A DNA stretch of 64,000 bases from Pseudobacteriovorax antillogorgiicola (GCA_945865565.1 CAMBEK010000002.1:113644-177643), one strand, 5' to 3'. Numbered from the stretch's first letter, positions 1 to 9,749 are shown. Notes: generated from the letters alone by a model not told the origin. Translations and numbers: made by a program.

Positions 1-1503
1 ATGCATCCCGGGGGATTCAACTTGCGTTTGTTGATCACCATCGTCGCTCCCTTGATGCTTCTGGCGGGATGCTTGCACCAGCCAATTTTTCCCGGCTCCT
101 CCACTTCAGATCACGTGCACCCGAAACTGACGGAGATCGTTCCAGAGCGGCTGGTTGGCAGCGAAGTCGAGGCCAAATTTGAGGCGGAAGACGCAGCCGA
201 GGCTGGCCTTGAAGGTGAAGGTGAAGATGAAATCGAGCTCACCGAAGAGATTCTCGAGGAAGGCCTCTGTAAGGATGACATTTACGCGACTTGGTTGAAA
301 AACCAATATTATGCCAGCCACGCTGCTCCCCAGGGACAATCTGGAATCGAATTTGACCGCAACACCAATCCTGGTGGGAAGCGCAACCGCCATCTTTACT
401 CCCGAGGATCCCGCTCTAGCCGATCTCGGCGTGGCGCGGCCGAGTCTCGTGAAATGGCTGCCCTTCATTATGCCGCAAACCGGTTTGTCGGAGAAATCAC
501 CGACTATTATGGCGGAATCCCGCTGGTAGCCCATCCCAGAGTGGAGTTTTGGATCCGTTATTTCAAGACTCAGGGCCGGGCATCCTTTCTAAAATGGCTG
601 GTGCGCGGTGAGTCGGTGCATCAGGTCGTGGCACCGCTATTGCGAGAGCAAGGCCTTCCCGAGGAACTGTATTTTTTAGCGATGGTTGAATCCGGCTTTT
701 CAAACGCGGCTTACAGCCGTGCCAAGGCTACAGGGACCTGGCAGTTTATGTCTGGAACTGCAAAATTGTACGGCCTCAGGATTGATTACTGGGTCGACGA
801 ACGGCGTGATCCGGTTAAGTCCACAGTTGCAGCGGCACAATTTTTGCGCGACTTGTACGAAGATTTTGGCGATTGGCACCTTGCCATGGCGGCCTACAAT
901 GCGGGCCCAGGTAAAATTCGAAAGGCCATGCGGCAGACTGGCCGGAAGTCTTTTTGGGATATCGCCGATAGCAATGCGATCCGTCCAGAGACCAAGCACT
1001 ACGTGCCAAAGGTGCTCGCCGCCCTCGCCCTGGCCAGCAACCCTAAACTTCACGGGTTCGAAGTCAAATTAGATCCAGCAAACGATCTTCCGGTAACGAG
1101 CGCATTGGCAAAGGATCCTGTAAGGCTCAGTGAAGTCGCTGCGAAGTTGAATATTCCGATCCGCTCTCTGCGCAGTTGGAACCCGGAACTGATCCACGAG
1201 ATCACGCCGCCACGTCGCCCAAGAAGTAATCCCGAGGGCTACCGGTTGAGGATGCCCGAGCCCCTAGCCACGAAGTTCGGCCTGATAGAACGAACGCTCG
1301 CTGCTGTCGAGGTCAAGGACATTCACATGCACAAGATCAAGCCGGGTGAAACATTAGCCCGGATTGCGTCAATCTATAAAGTTCGTGTGAACCAGATCCT
1401 TTCTCTTAATCCGGCCCTGCGCCCAACAAGGCTTCGCACTGGCGTTGAAATTGCTGTCCCTGTTCCCAGTGTCGTCGCCAGGGCGCAAGCACGGCGATCC
1501 TGA
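1..1503 (+). CDS. mltD: MltD-like membrane-bound lytic murein transglycosylase lipoprotein (SLT/GH23 domain plus two C-terminal LysM)
   Basis: 500-aa ORF. Lipobox LMLLAGC near the N-terminus. SLT blocks AMVESGFS, ATGTWQFM and AYNAGPG. Two LysM-like segments (VRLSEVAAKLNIPIRSLRSWNP; HKIKPGETLARIASIYKVRVNQILSLNP). The ORF begins at window base 1, so the true 5' end could lie upstream. Confidence 0.85.
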   Translation: MHPGGFNLRLLITIVAPLMLLAGCLHQPIFPGSSTSDHVHPKLTEIVPERLVGSEVEAKFEAEDAAEAGLEGEGEDEIELTEEILEEGLCKDDIYATWLKNQYYASHAAPQGQSGIEFDRNTNPGGKRNRHLYSRGSRSSRSRRGAAESREMAALHYAANRFVGEITDYYGGIPLVAHPRVEFWIRYFKTQGRASFLKWLVRGESVHQVVAPLLREQGLPEELYFLAMVESGFSNAAYSRAKATGTWQFMSGTAKLYGLRIDYWVDERRDPVKSTVAAAQFLRDLYEDFGDWHLAMAAYNAGPGKIRKAMRQTGRKSFWDIADSNAIRPETKHYVPKVLAALALASNPKLHGFEVKLDPANDLPVTSALAKDPVRLSEVAAKLNIPIRSLRSWNPELIHEITPPRRPRSNPEGYRLRMPEPLATKFGLIERTLAAVEVKDIHMHKIKPGETLARIASIYKVRVNQILSLNPALRPTRLRTGVEIAVPVPSVVARAQARRS

Positions 1504-1528
1504 AATCCCATCGGTTGGAGGGTTTCCA

Positions 1529-2698
1529 GTGGACCACAAGCGAGAGCCCTTCATTCAACAGAGAATTTTCTGCCCCGGTCCCACGCCGGTGCCGCTCGAT
1601 GCGAAATTGGCTCCTCTCAATTCCGAGATTTATCACCGAACTGACGATTTTTACGCACTGCATTTGAAGTGCAGTGAAATGCTGCGTCCGATTTTCGGTT
1701 GCGAACGGATTCCAGTCATTCTTTCTTGCTCAGGTACTGGCGGCCTGGAGGCTGCTCTGTTGAATTTGACAGCACCTGGCGATGAAGTGATTGTCGTTAA
1801 CGGGGGAAAATTTGGCGAGCGTTGGGAAGATTTGGCAATCCGCTATGGCTGCGACACGAAAGTGGTCAGAGTGGCATCCGGTAAAGGGGCTCGCGCTGAG
1901 GATCTGCGGAAGGTTCTGATAGGCTGCCGCGCCCCCAAGGCTTTTTTTGTCCAGGCCAATGAGACTTCAACAGGTGTGCGCCATCCGTTGGCCGAGTTGG
2001 TGGCAGAACTAAAAAAAACGTTTCCGGATTGCCTCGTCGTTGTCGATGCGATTTCATCCCTTGGGGCCCATCCCCTCAATATGAAGGCGGATGGATTTGA
2101 CTGTGTCATATCGGCCAGTCAAAAAGGCTTTGGTTTGAATCCTGGTCTGGCCTTTGTTGCCCTTTCGGAGCGCGGCTGGAATCAATTATCGGAGCGCCCC
2201 CGTTACTACTTTGACCTGGCTAAGGAACTCAAGGGGCAGAGCAAGGGGCGATCGGCTTGGACACCCGCAATTGGCCTTATCCAAAGTCTGGCAGTTGTTT
2301 TGGACAAGATCCATGGCGTCGGTATTGATGTCATGGTCCGGAACCACGAGCATCTTGCCAGTGCTGTCCGGGCTTCGCTTCCGGCAATGGGCCTTGAGCT
2401 TTTTGCAAAGGTTCACCCCTCCAATGCTTTGACGGCCATCGTGGTTCCCGAGGGGATTGATGGAACAGCCTTGCAGGCATTGCTTCGTGATCGCTACGGG
2501 GTGACCGTGCCGGGTGGTCAGGACGAGCTCAAGGGCAAAATATTGCGTCTTTCAAACCTCGGATTTGTCAGTAGATTTGATCTTGTTCATGCTTTGTCCG
2601 CGATGGAATTTGCATTGCGGGATATGGGTTACGGTCCGTGTTCAGGTTCCAATCTAGGTTCCGGGGTCAAGGCCTTCATGCAGGCCATCGAGTCGTGA
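1529..2698 (+). CDS. Class V (AGXT / serine-pyruvate type) PLP-dependent aminotransferase
   Basis: N-terminal FCPGPTPVP motif and PLP-lysine motif ISASQKGFG. The listed ORF starts at 1445, inside mltD. An in-frame GTG at 1529 sits 7 nt after GGAGG (1517-1521) and gives a typical 389 aa. Confidence 0.8.
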   Translation: MDHKREPFIQQRIFCPGPTPVPLDAKLAPLNSEIYHRTDDFYALHLKCSEMLRPIFGCERIPVILSCSGTGGLEAALLNLTAPGDEVIVVNGGKFGERWEDLAIRYGCDTKVVRVASGKGARAEDLRKVLIGCRAPKAFFVQANETSTGVRHPLAELVAELKKTFPDCLVVVDAISSLGAHPLNMKADGFDCVISASQKGFGLNPGLAFVALSERGWNQLSERPRYYFDLAKELKGQSKGRSAWTPAIGLIQSLAVVLDKIHGVGIDVMVRNHEHLASAVRASLPAMGLELFAKVHPSNALTAIVVPEGIDGTALQALLRDRYGVTVPGGQDELKGKILRLSNLGFVSRFDLVHALSAMEFALRDMGYGPCSGSNLGSGVKAFMQAIES

Positions 2699-2781
2699 AT
2701 CCGCGCCACGCCATGCACTTGTCTTAACGAGGACGTGCTGCTAGTCTGCGCTTTCGAAACAGTACCTTCGAGAGGATGTCC

Positions 2782-3576
2782 ATGAAGATTGTCGTACTGC
2801 TGAAGCAAACGCCTGACACTGAAACAAAAATCAAAATTGATGCATCGGGTTCTGCGATTGAACATGCGGATACCAAGTACATCATCAACCCATACGATGA
2901 GTTCGCAATCGAGGAGGCCCTTCAGACCAAGGAAAAGGCTGGCGGAACTCCCGAGGTCGTTATCATGAGCTTTGGGGACGACAAGGCCCGCGAACTCATC
3001 ATCAAGGGACTAGCGATGGGTGGGGACCGCGGGGTTCTTATCTCCAACGCCGGACTTGAATCCGCAGATTCACTGACGGTTGCCAAGGTGCTGGCTGCGG
3101 CCATAAAGACTGAGGGCGCGTCTTTGGTTCTATGTGGGCGTCAGGCGATTGATGACGACAATATGCACGTAGGAACCATGACAGCTGAGTTGTTGGGCTG
3201 GCCTCATGTCAACGTGGTGACCAAGTTGACTTTGACTGGCGAGAAGGCCCATGTGGAGCGTGAGGTTGAGGGGGGCAAGGTCGAAGTATATGACGTGAAC
3301 TTGCCTGCAGTGATTGGGGCCCACAAATCATTGAACACACCCCGCTATGCCTCGTTGCCAGGAATCATGAAGGCCAAGAAAAAACCTTTTGATGCCAAAA
3401 CCCCTGGGGATTTCGGAATTAATGCTGCAGACATCAAATCCAAGATCAAAGTTGTAGTGAAAAGCTACGAATATCCGCCAGCAAAGCCAGCAGGTAGATT
3501 ATTCCAGGGTGAAGAATTGGAAGTGATGGCCGACAAGGTTGTTCAATTGTTGCGTCAAGAGGCGAAGGTTCTCTGA
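2782..3576 (+). CDS. etfB: Electron transfer flavoprotein beta subunit
   Basis: Canonical N-terminus MKIVVLLKQTPDTETKIKID. GAGG at 2772-2775 is correctly spaced for the second ATG (2782), not for 2776. Confidence 0.9.
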   Translation: MKIVVLLKQTPDTETKIKIDASGSAIEHADTKYIINPYDEFAIEEALQTKEKAGGTPEVVIMSFGDDKARELIIKGLAMGGDRGVLISNAGLESADSLTVAKVLAAAIKTEGASLVLCGRQAIDDDNMHVGTMTAELLGWPHVNVVTKLTLTGEKAHVEREVEGGKVEVYDVNLPAVIGAHKSLNTPRYASLPGIMKAKKKPFDAKTPGDFGINAADIKSKIKVVVKSYEYPPAKPAGRLFQGEELEVMADKVVQLLRQEAKVL

Positions 3577-3650
3577 TTGTGCGGCGCGATCGCGTTTTTT
3601 GATTTTAATTTCAAATCTTTTGATTTTGAATTTTACGGAGAATCACGGAC

Positions 3651-4622
3651 ATGAAAGTCCTCATTTTTGTCGAACAACGTGATGGGAAAATAAAGTCATC
3701 TGCATTCGAAGCGCTCACGGTTGGTGCTCGACTTGCAGGTTCCCCTGGCGATGCAGCTGCGGTCCTCGTTGGTGCCGATACGGCATCCTTGACCGGCCAG
3801 CTTGCTGGCTATGGCGTTGATAAGGTTTACACAATTTCTGGGCCTGATTTTGCGCTTTATAACGCGATGGGTTGGGCTGCAGGAGTTGAGGCAGCTATCA
3901 AGGACTTCGCTCCGCAAGTTTTGGTGGGTGTAGCTTCTCCCATGGGCAGGGACTTTTTCCCACGCCTTGCGGCTCGCATGGATGCAGCACTTTTAACCGA
4001 CGTCATAGCCGTAGACTGGAAAGACGGCGCCCTTCATGGGACAAAACCGATGTATGCCGGCAAGTGTCGCGCGCACCTCGTATCGCAAAACTGTAATCTG
4101 CACATGGTCACGATTCGTCCCAATGTGATGCCAGCACAAAAAACCGGTTCAGGATCTGCTTCAGCGACCACCCTGCAAGTAGCCTCGCCTTCTGCCCAGT
4201 CAAAAACAGTCGAAATCCGTAAGGGCAAGAGCGAGAAGGCTGATTTGACAGAGGCTTCCCTGATCATCTCAGGCGGCCGTGCCATGGCCAATGCCGAAAA
4301 TTTCAAGATCCTTCATGAATGTGCGGATGTCATTGGAGCAACTGTTGGGGCTTCCCGCGCAGCGGTTGATTCTGGATACGCGACTCATGACATGCAGGTG
4401 GGCCAGACCGGCAAAACGGTGAATCCAAATCTCTATATCGCCTGCGGGATTAGTGGTTCAATCCAGCACATGGCCGGCATGCGTACTTCGAAGGTCATTG
4501 TTGCAGTTAATACCGACAAAGACGCACCGATTTTCACGATCGCAAATTACGGCATTGTCGGTGATTTATTTCAGGTAGTGCCGCTGCTGACCAAAAAGTT
4601 GAAAGAACTGGTCGGGCACTAG
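3651..4622 (+). CDS. etfA: Electron transfer flavoprotein alpha subunit
   Basis: 323 aa, immediately downstream of etfB. FAD-binding C-terminal blocks SGGRAM, GASRAAVDSGY, QVGQTGKTV and PNLYIACGISGSIQH. Confidence 0.9.
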   Translation: MKVLIFVEQRDGKIKSSAFEALTVGARLAGSPGDAAAVLVGADTASLTGQLAGYGVDKVYTISGPDFALYNAMGWAAGVEAAIKDFAPQVLVGVASPMGRDFFPRLAARMDAALLTDVIAVDWKDGALHGTKPMYAGKCRAHLVSQNCNLHMVTIRPNVMPAQKTGSGSASATTLQVASPSAQSKTVEIRKGKSEKADLTEASLIISGGRAMANAENFKILHECADVIGATVGASRAAVDSGYATHDMQVGQTGKTVNPNLYIACGISGSIQHMAGMRTSKVIVAVNTDKDAPIFTIANYGIVGDLFQVVPLLTKKLKELVGH

Positions 4623-4636
4623 AACAATTTTTCCCA

Positions 4637-5992
4637 TTACAAGTAACCCTCGCTGCGTGCCGAGTGGAGTAGTCCTTCACGAAACTTCGGGTGCGCGAGG
4701 GCTACCATCGCCCGGACCCGTTCTGCGACATTTTTTCCTGCCAGCTCTGCAATTCCGTATTCTGTAACGACGGTGTCAATGTCGTTGCGGGTAACGCTGA
4801 CCTTCGCTCCCGGCGCCAGTGAGTGAACGATTTTTGACACCTTGCCATCTTTGGTCGTCGCACGCAGGGCGATGATTCCTCTGCCGGCTTGGGATCTCTG
4901 GGCGCCAGAGTGGGTGTCGGTTGCTCCCCCAACCCCACTGATGGGACGATGGCCGACCGACTCTGAGCAGACTTGGCCGGTGAGGTCGACCTCAATCGCG
5001 GAATTAATAGATGTCATCCGGTAATTTCGGGCAATCCTGACGGGGTCGTTGATGATTGAGGTTGGATGCAATTCGATGGCGGGGTTGCGGTCGACAAAGC
5101 GATACAACCGTTCACTTCCATAGACAAACCCTCCGACGATCTTGCCCTGCCACATGGTTTTGCGGCTCCCATTGATCGCCCCAGCCTCATAGAGCAGCAT
5201 GATCGCATCGTTAATCATCTCTGTATGCACGCCGAGGTCCTTGCGCCCGACAAGAGATCTCCCCACCGCATTGGGGATTGCACCAATGCCGAGTTGGATG
5301 GTTGCGCCGTCTGGCACAAGTTCTGCCACATACGATCCGATCTTTTCCTCTTCGGGGCCTGGTGTAGGGCAGGAAATTACAGGAAGCGCCTTGTCCTGAT
5401 GAATTAGATAATCAATCTCATCGAGGTGTACCGTCGTTGCTCCGTACGTTACCGGCATCGCAGGGTTTGCTTCCAGAATGACGCACTTTGAGCGACGCAG
5501 AATTTCTGGTTCGTAGCAGGCGTTTAAACCAAGGCTGACGAATCCACGCTCATCTGGCGGGGAACAACTACCCCAGAAGACGTCGACAGGCTTGTCAACA
5601 ACCGGGACCCGGGTTCGATCAATCCAGTAGGCAGCCTTTCGTGCAGCGGGTGGCATGCTCGCCGTTGTCAGGATGTGGTGAGCCCACCGGGACATATGAT
5701 TTGGTACATAATGTACGTGCTTCCAATTTCCATTTTGACGCACATGTGTGCTCAGAAACATGGCTTCGATCTGGATATGCCCGTCCAGTTCCGGATCTAC
5801 AAAACACGGGTACGCCTGGCTTGGATTGGCACAAAAAATCCGGGTGTCACGGATTTCCCGGGCGCGCTGTCCTAACAATTCATAAAAATGGCGCGGTTCA
5901 CAAGCAGCGTGGGCCGCTACAACATTTTGACCGCTCTGGATGAGGTTGATAGCTGATTCTGGAGCGATTGTTTTGTGTCTTGCGCGATCCAT
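4637..5992 (-). CDS. Acetyl-CoA hydrolase/transferase family protein (4-hydroxybutyrate CoA-transferase-like)
   Basis: 451 aa with family blocks IQLGIGAIPNAV, HTEMINDA and GVGGATD. Substrate cannot be assigned from sequence alone. Confidence 0.75.
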   Translation of the reverse strand: MDRARHKTIAPESAINLIQSGQNVVAAHAACEPRHFYELLGQRAREIRDTRIFCANPSQAYPCFVDPELDGHIQIEAMFLSTHVRQNGNWKHVHYVPNHMSRWAHHILTTASMPPAARKAAYWIDRTRVPVVDKPVDVFWGSCSPPDERGFVSLGLNACYEPEILRRSKCVILEANPAMPVTYGATTVHLDEIDYLIHQDKALPVISCPTPGPEEEKIGSYVAELVPDGATIQLGIGAIPNAVGRSLVGRKDLGVHTEMINDAIMLLYEAGAINGSRKTMWQGKIVGGFVYGSERLYRFVDRNPAIELHPTSIINDPVRIARNYRMTSINSAIEVDLTGQVCSESVGHRPISGVGGATDTHSGAQRSQAGRGIIALRATTKDGKVSKIVHSLAPGAKVSVTRNDIDTVVTEYGIAELAGKNVAERVRAMVALAHPKFREGLLHSARSEGYL

Positions 5993-6085
5993 GGCACATC
6001 CATTCGTTGGCAGATATCGCGACGGAACTTTACGTCGCTGCTTTCGTGTACCATAGTAAACACCAGCAAAACAGGAGGGTCGAGC

Positions 6086-7282
6086 ATGAAGGCATCGGTG
6101 GCTAGTAGATCATTTGTGACAGCGGCTGGAATTGTGATTTTTAGTGGCAGCGTCTACGCCGCGAATCCAGACCAAACCCGCGCCAGAATGGACAAAATTT
6201 TCGGAGCATTGGTGTCGGTATTGCCGTTGAGTTTGAATGGTGCTGAATATGAAAAGCCTGCCAACCGTGAAATGGTCCTTGGCAGGCTCAAGGACCTTAG
6301 CGATGAGTCACAAAGCCTCGAATCTCATGCCACGGGAAATGACCGAACATTTGCTTTCATCGCAGGATCACTGGCCAAAGACGCTCGCGACATCCACCGG
6401 TGGTACGCTCGCGGTAGTTACGGTGAGTCTCGTTATTTGCTGCACAACCTGACAGAAAACTGCATCGCATGCCATTCTCGCCTGCCTGAGGCCAAAGTGT
6501 TTCCAGCAGCCGACGTATTTTTTAAAGACGTGAAAGTTGCCTCGCTGCCTTTGATGGAGCGCGCCCAACTGCAAATGGCCACCCGCCAATTCGATGCGGC
6601 GTTGCAAACCTATGAAGAACTGTTCAAATCATCCGGGAGCCGGACTTCGGAAATTGTCATGATGGATGGGTTCGTCGATTATCTCAAGATTTGCATCCGG
6701 GTAAAGCAGGAAGTTGCCAGACCAATTCCGATACTCGAAGGCATGCTCAAACGACCCGATTTGCCAAAGTTTGCCTCGTTGCAGTTGTCCCAATGGATTG
6801 CCTCCCTCCGCAAGCTTTCAAAGCGTCATGACAAAGCTGGTTTTGAGTTGCCATCCGCTCGAAAATTGATCTCGGATGCGCAACGGGCAAGTGAGTTTCC
6901 GATGGACCGGGGCAGACTTGTTGACTTCATCTATGCCTCGCGTTTGCTGAATTCTTATATTCAAAAGAAGGACCCTGGAGCCGCTGCCTTGGAAAAAAGG
7001 TTTTCGCCGGCAACGGTCCAAAGTCCGCGTCCCGATCTCGCAGAAGCTTATTATTTGTTGGGCGTGACAGAATCGATGATTGGACGATCATACTGGCTGT
7101 CACAAACCGAATTTTATCTTGAGACGGCAGTCCGTTCTGCACCACATTCTAAATATGCGGACAAGGCTTTTGCCTTTCTTGAAGAGCAGGTTTTGGTGGA
7201 GTTTTCAGGCTCTTCCGGAACGAACGTTCCGGAGGATATGCAAAAGACACTGGATGACCTTCGGAAACTGATGAAGCGTTGA
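6086..7282 (+). CDS. Secreted hypothetical protein with a single CXXCH heme-binding motif and helical (TPR-like) repeats
   Basis: The listed ORF starts at 5975, overlapping the upstream gene. An internal ATG at 6086 follows AGGAGGG and yields signal peptide MKASVASRSFVTAAGIVIFSGSVYA. Motif NCIACHSRL is present. Confidence 0.6.
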   Translation: MKASVASRSFVTAAGIVIFSGSVYAANPDQTRARMDKIFGALVSVLPLSLNGAEYEKPANREMVLGRLKDLSDESQSLESHATGNDRTFAFIAGSLAKDARDIHRWYARGSYGESRYLLHNLTENCIACHSRLPEAKVFPAADVFFKDVKVASLPLMERAQLQMATRQFDAALQTYEELFKSSGSRTSEIVMMDGFVDYLKICIRVKQEVARPIPILEGMLKRPDLPKFASLQLSQWIASLRKLSKRHDKAGFELPSARKLISDAQRASEFPMDRGRLVDFIYASRLLNSYIQKKDPGAAALEKRFSPATVQSPRPDLAEAYYLLGVTESMIGRSYWLSQTEFYLETAVRSAPHSKYADKAFAFLEEQVLVEFSGSSGTNVPEDMQKTLDDLRKLMKR

Positions 7283-7297
7283 AGTCCGCTTCATCAG
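7268..7297. terminator. Perfect 11-bp stem-loop between convergent genes (possible bidirectional terminator)
   Basis: CTGATGAAGCG (7268-7278), an 8-nt loop, then CGCTTCATCAG (7287-7297). It overlaps the stop codon of the + gene. Only a weak T-run follows on either strand. Confidence 0.4.
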
Positions 7298-7319
7298 GCC
7301 GGATTATAAAGTCTTCAAA

Positions 7320-8066
7320 TCAGTTGGACGACGGCACAGAGAAAACAGTGTTGATGGAGCTGCCATTTAGGCTACGCACGTGAATCAAATTTCGCCCAAC
7401 CAGGAGTTCATCGGGCAAACGGACGCTTCTGGTGAATGTCTCTTCTATTGGCTGGCAGGCAAGGCCCCTACTGTCCTTAAGGATCGGCAGGAGTTCGATG
7501 ATTCGTCCCTTGTGCAGAACGCGCACATCCTCGAATTGCATGCAGTCATTGGTGAAGCGGCCGTTGATTTTTGCCTCAAACTTTCCATCGGAAGCTTTAG
7601 AAACAGAAATGGAATCAACGGGAGCGTAAAGGAAGTCGTCAGGGCCATAGGTGCCCGTACCAGCATCGAGTTCAACGTTGAGGTTTTTGAGTAGCATGCC
7701 TTTGTTGGTGGATATCTGATAGGTGCCTGAATCAAGGGCCCCTATGTGAATAATATTGGTAAACGGCACTAGCGGCACAATGCACGGTCCTGGAAACCGC
7801 CGGGCCATCTGCGCTATTTTAATGACTCGCGTCGCTTGGTCGATCTCGATTTCTGGTCGGGTCAAACGGTAGCAACTGTTTGGCAGGTAGCCGTCCAAAA
7901 CAACGACAATTTCGTCGTTGGAATCGAAGCCGTTTGGGACAAACAGATCCACCACATCAACGGAAACCAGCTCAGCGAGTGCATGGCGCGGTTGGCTTGG
8001 CTTGGCTTGTGCGATACTTGAGATCAAGGTTGCACAAGCAATGAAAGATGCGATTTTGCTGTTCAT
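7320..8066 (-). CDS. Secreted hypothetical protein (4 Cys)
   Basis: 248-aa ORF with signal peptide MNSKIASFIACATLISSIAQA. No recognisable domain. An AT-rich promoter region lies upstream (8067-8163). Confidence 0.6.
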   Translation of the reverse strand: MNSKIASFIACATLISSIAQAKPSQPRHALAELVSVDVVDLFVPNGFDSNDEIVVVLDGYLPNSCYRLTRPEIEIDQATRVIKIAQMARRFPGPCIVPLVPFTNIIHIGALDSGTYQISTNKGMLLKNLNVELDAGTGTYGPDDFLYAPVDSISVSKASDGKFEAKINGRFTNDCMQFEDVRVLHKGRIIELLPILKDSRGLACQPIEETFTRSVRLPDELLVGRNLIHVRSLNGSSINTVFSVPSSN

Positions 8067-8163
8067 TTATGGTAACTCCCGGATTTGATAACTCGGTCTT
8101 ATATCGATTTATTAAAATAAATGCAATAGTTTAATAGAATTAAATAAATTTTAATAATATATT

Positions 8164-8601
8164 ATGGTCCAGATGCCACCCCATAAAATCGATCCTTCAT
8201 CGAAATCTTGTCCCCCAACCTCATCTTCCCAGATCGACAGAACACTAGGTCTCCTGTGGTTTATGTATATTGTGTCGTCGGCGGTATTCGTGGGGCTGGG
8301 GTATTGGCTCTTGCGGGTCCGCCTTTCCACCGACTATGCCCCGTCCAATGGCGGCCTCGCGATGGCTGGTTTGCTCGCGATTTTGGTTTCAGAAGGCGCT
8401 GTTTACGTTTCCAAAAGTGCTGCCAAAGCCCAAGATGCCAGAACACGTCTGACCTTGAGCCTCATTGCCCTCAGCCTTGCCGAATTCGTCGCGATCGGTG
8501 GAATTCTAGCTGGGTGGCTGCTGGGATCTCACTATCCCTTGATTCTCCTGGCAGCCGTTTCGCTGGTTCTATTTTTCCGACTTTCCATTTCTCTGCGTTG
8601 A
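8164..8601 (+). CDS. Hypothetical integral membrane protein (about 4 TM)
   Basis: 145-aa ORF with four hydrophobic segments. The start is uncertain. Its 3' end overlaps the convergent gene by 70 nt. Confidence 0.45.
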   Translation: MVQMPPHKIDPSSKSCPPTSSSQIDRTLGLLWFMYIVSSAVFVGLGYWLLRVRLSTDYAPSNGGLAMAGLLAILVSEGAVYVSKSAAKAQDARTRLTLSLIALSLAEFVAIGGILAGWLLGSHYPLILLAAVSLVLFFRLSISLR

Positions 8602-9056
8602 GGGCTCTCAAAATGTGCGAGCTTTTGGGCCTCAGTCAGCCTGCTGCTCGTTGTGCTTAGTTCCGGCGCAGGCCATTCCGGATGTTTTAGCTTGATTTGG
8701 GAAGCCAGCATTTTTTTGGCTTCGCCGGGACCGTAAATGTGCACGCTGGTAACGACGCGATGCTGCGGGTTTTTTTCAATGGAGGCGATGATTCCTCGCA
8801 TGAATGCAACGGATTCGTGTTCTCGCCTGCGTTCGGCTTTGATGTTGGGTTGGACTGTGAGGTGCTGGAAGGCCATGTGACCGTGCCGTCCTCCTGTGGA
8901 ATTGCAGCGTCGCTCGATATCTGACGTGAACCTTTCGAGGGCTTTTTTTGGCGGATCGTCGGGAGATGCGACGCTTCGCTCCTCGATCCTCATAACGGCA
9001 CTATGACGATCCAACCACACGGTGACTTGTAGTGTCGAGTTGTCCTTGGCTGTCAC
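8532..9056 (-). CDS. Hypothetical protein (possibly host-attachment / bacterial eRF1-like family, weak)
   Basis: 174-aa ORF with a GTG start 6 nt after GAGGGGGG. Preceded by a sigma-54-type promoter. The family guess rests only on overall layout (N-terminal beta segment, basic central region, IYGPGEAKKML block). Confidence 0.55.
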   Translation of the reverse strand: MTAKDNSTLQVTVWLDRHSAVMRIEERSVASPDDPPKKALERFTSDIERRCNSTGGRHGHMAFQHLTVQPNIKAERRREHESVAFMRGIIASIEKNPQHRVVTSVHIYGPGEAKKMLASQIKLKHPEWPAPELSTTSSRLTEAQKLAHFESPQRREMESRKNRTSETAARRIKG

Positions 9057-9110
9057 GAATACCCCCCCCTCTGCCAGACCATGTATCGGACCGACTGTTG
9101 GCCTCAGTCT

Positions 9111-9126
9111 AGCAAGGGGGGTGCCA
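9111..9126 (-). promoter_or_regulatory. Sigma-54 (RpoN) -24/-12 promoter element
   Basis: The minus strand reads TGGCAC-CCCCC-TTGCT, an exact match to TGGCAC-N5-TTGC(A/T). It lies in the 84-nt gap, 15 nt after the upstream stop and about 55 nt before the GTG at 9056. Confidence 0.5.
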
Positions 9127-9140
9127 TGTTCCGCTCTCTC

Positions 9141-9719
9141 TCATGGAGGGCTATCCGTGCGGTTTGGGTTTGCCTCAAATTCAGTATCAATATCCTGGTC
9201 GCCTGACTCTTCCAGGCCGCTGCCGGCGCCCTCGCTGGTTGGAAGAGGGTGCTGGTCACCGGTACTACCGGTGGTTGGTTCAGCAACCTCCGGATGACGG
9301 ATCACGCCGCCCTTGGAGCCCGTCCAGCCGAGGATTGCCGAAGAAGCAATGGCCAGTCCGGTGGCGGCCAGATAAGCACGACCAGCCATCGGCGATTTAC
9401 GGGAGGCAAGAAAAAAAGCTGCGGCAGCAGCAAGCCCACTGACCGTTGTCACAACAACTGCTTTTTCCGCGGCTTCCTCGTGCTCTTCTATATGGGCATC
9501 GTTGACGATTGCGGCGTTTTCCAAAAAGTCAGCGGCAGGTTCTCCGGAAAAGTAGGTCGCCAAAGCAGCCAAGGATGCGACAACTGAAAGTGACAGGGCG
9601 ATGCTTTGAATCTCTTTTGACTTGCGGAACAGACCGTGAATGCCAATCGCGGCTGAAGCCAGCATCAGCACGATCGGGAAATGATTGATTACGAGATGGA
9701 AGTGGGCAGCATTCATCAA
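9141..9719 (-). CDS. Hypothetical membrane protein with acidic C-terminal tail
   Basis: 192 aa. N-terminus MMNAAHFHLVINHFPIVLMLASAAIGIHGLF plus further TM segments. Sits 30 nt downstream of the PRTase gene, probably the same operon. Confidence 0.6.
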   Translation of the reverse strand: MMNAAHFHLVINHFPIVLMLASAAIGIHGLFRKSKEIQSIALSLSVVASLAALATYFSGEPAADFLENAAIVNDAHIEEHEEAAEKAVVVTTVSGLAAAAAFFLASRKSPMAGRAYLAATGLAIASSAILGWTGSKGGVIRHPEVAEPTTGSTGDQHPLPTSEGAGSGLEESGDQDIDTEFEANPNRTDSPP

Positions 9720-9749
9720 AGCCTCCTGTTCTGCAAGTCATCGACAATA

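Noticed and set aside
629-643. Sigma-54-like TGGCAC-N5-TTGC match on the plus strand
   Set aside because: It lies deep inside the mltD coding sequence, about 900 nt from the next start codon. Most likely a chance match.
3577-3650. CGCGATCGCG palindrome plus T-run, and the TTTTGATTTT(A/G)AATTT direct repeat, between etfB and etfA
   Set aside because: The palindrome has no loop, and etfB-etfA are normally co-transcribed. Probably just an AT-rich spacer, not a terminator or an element.
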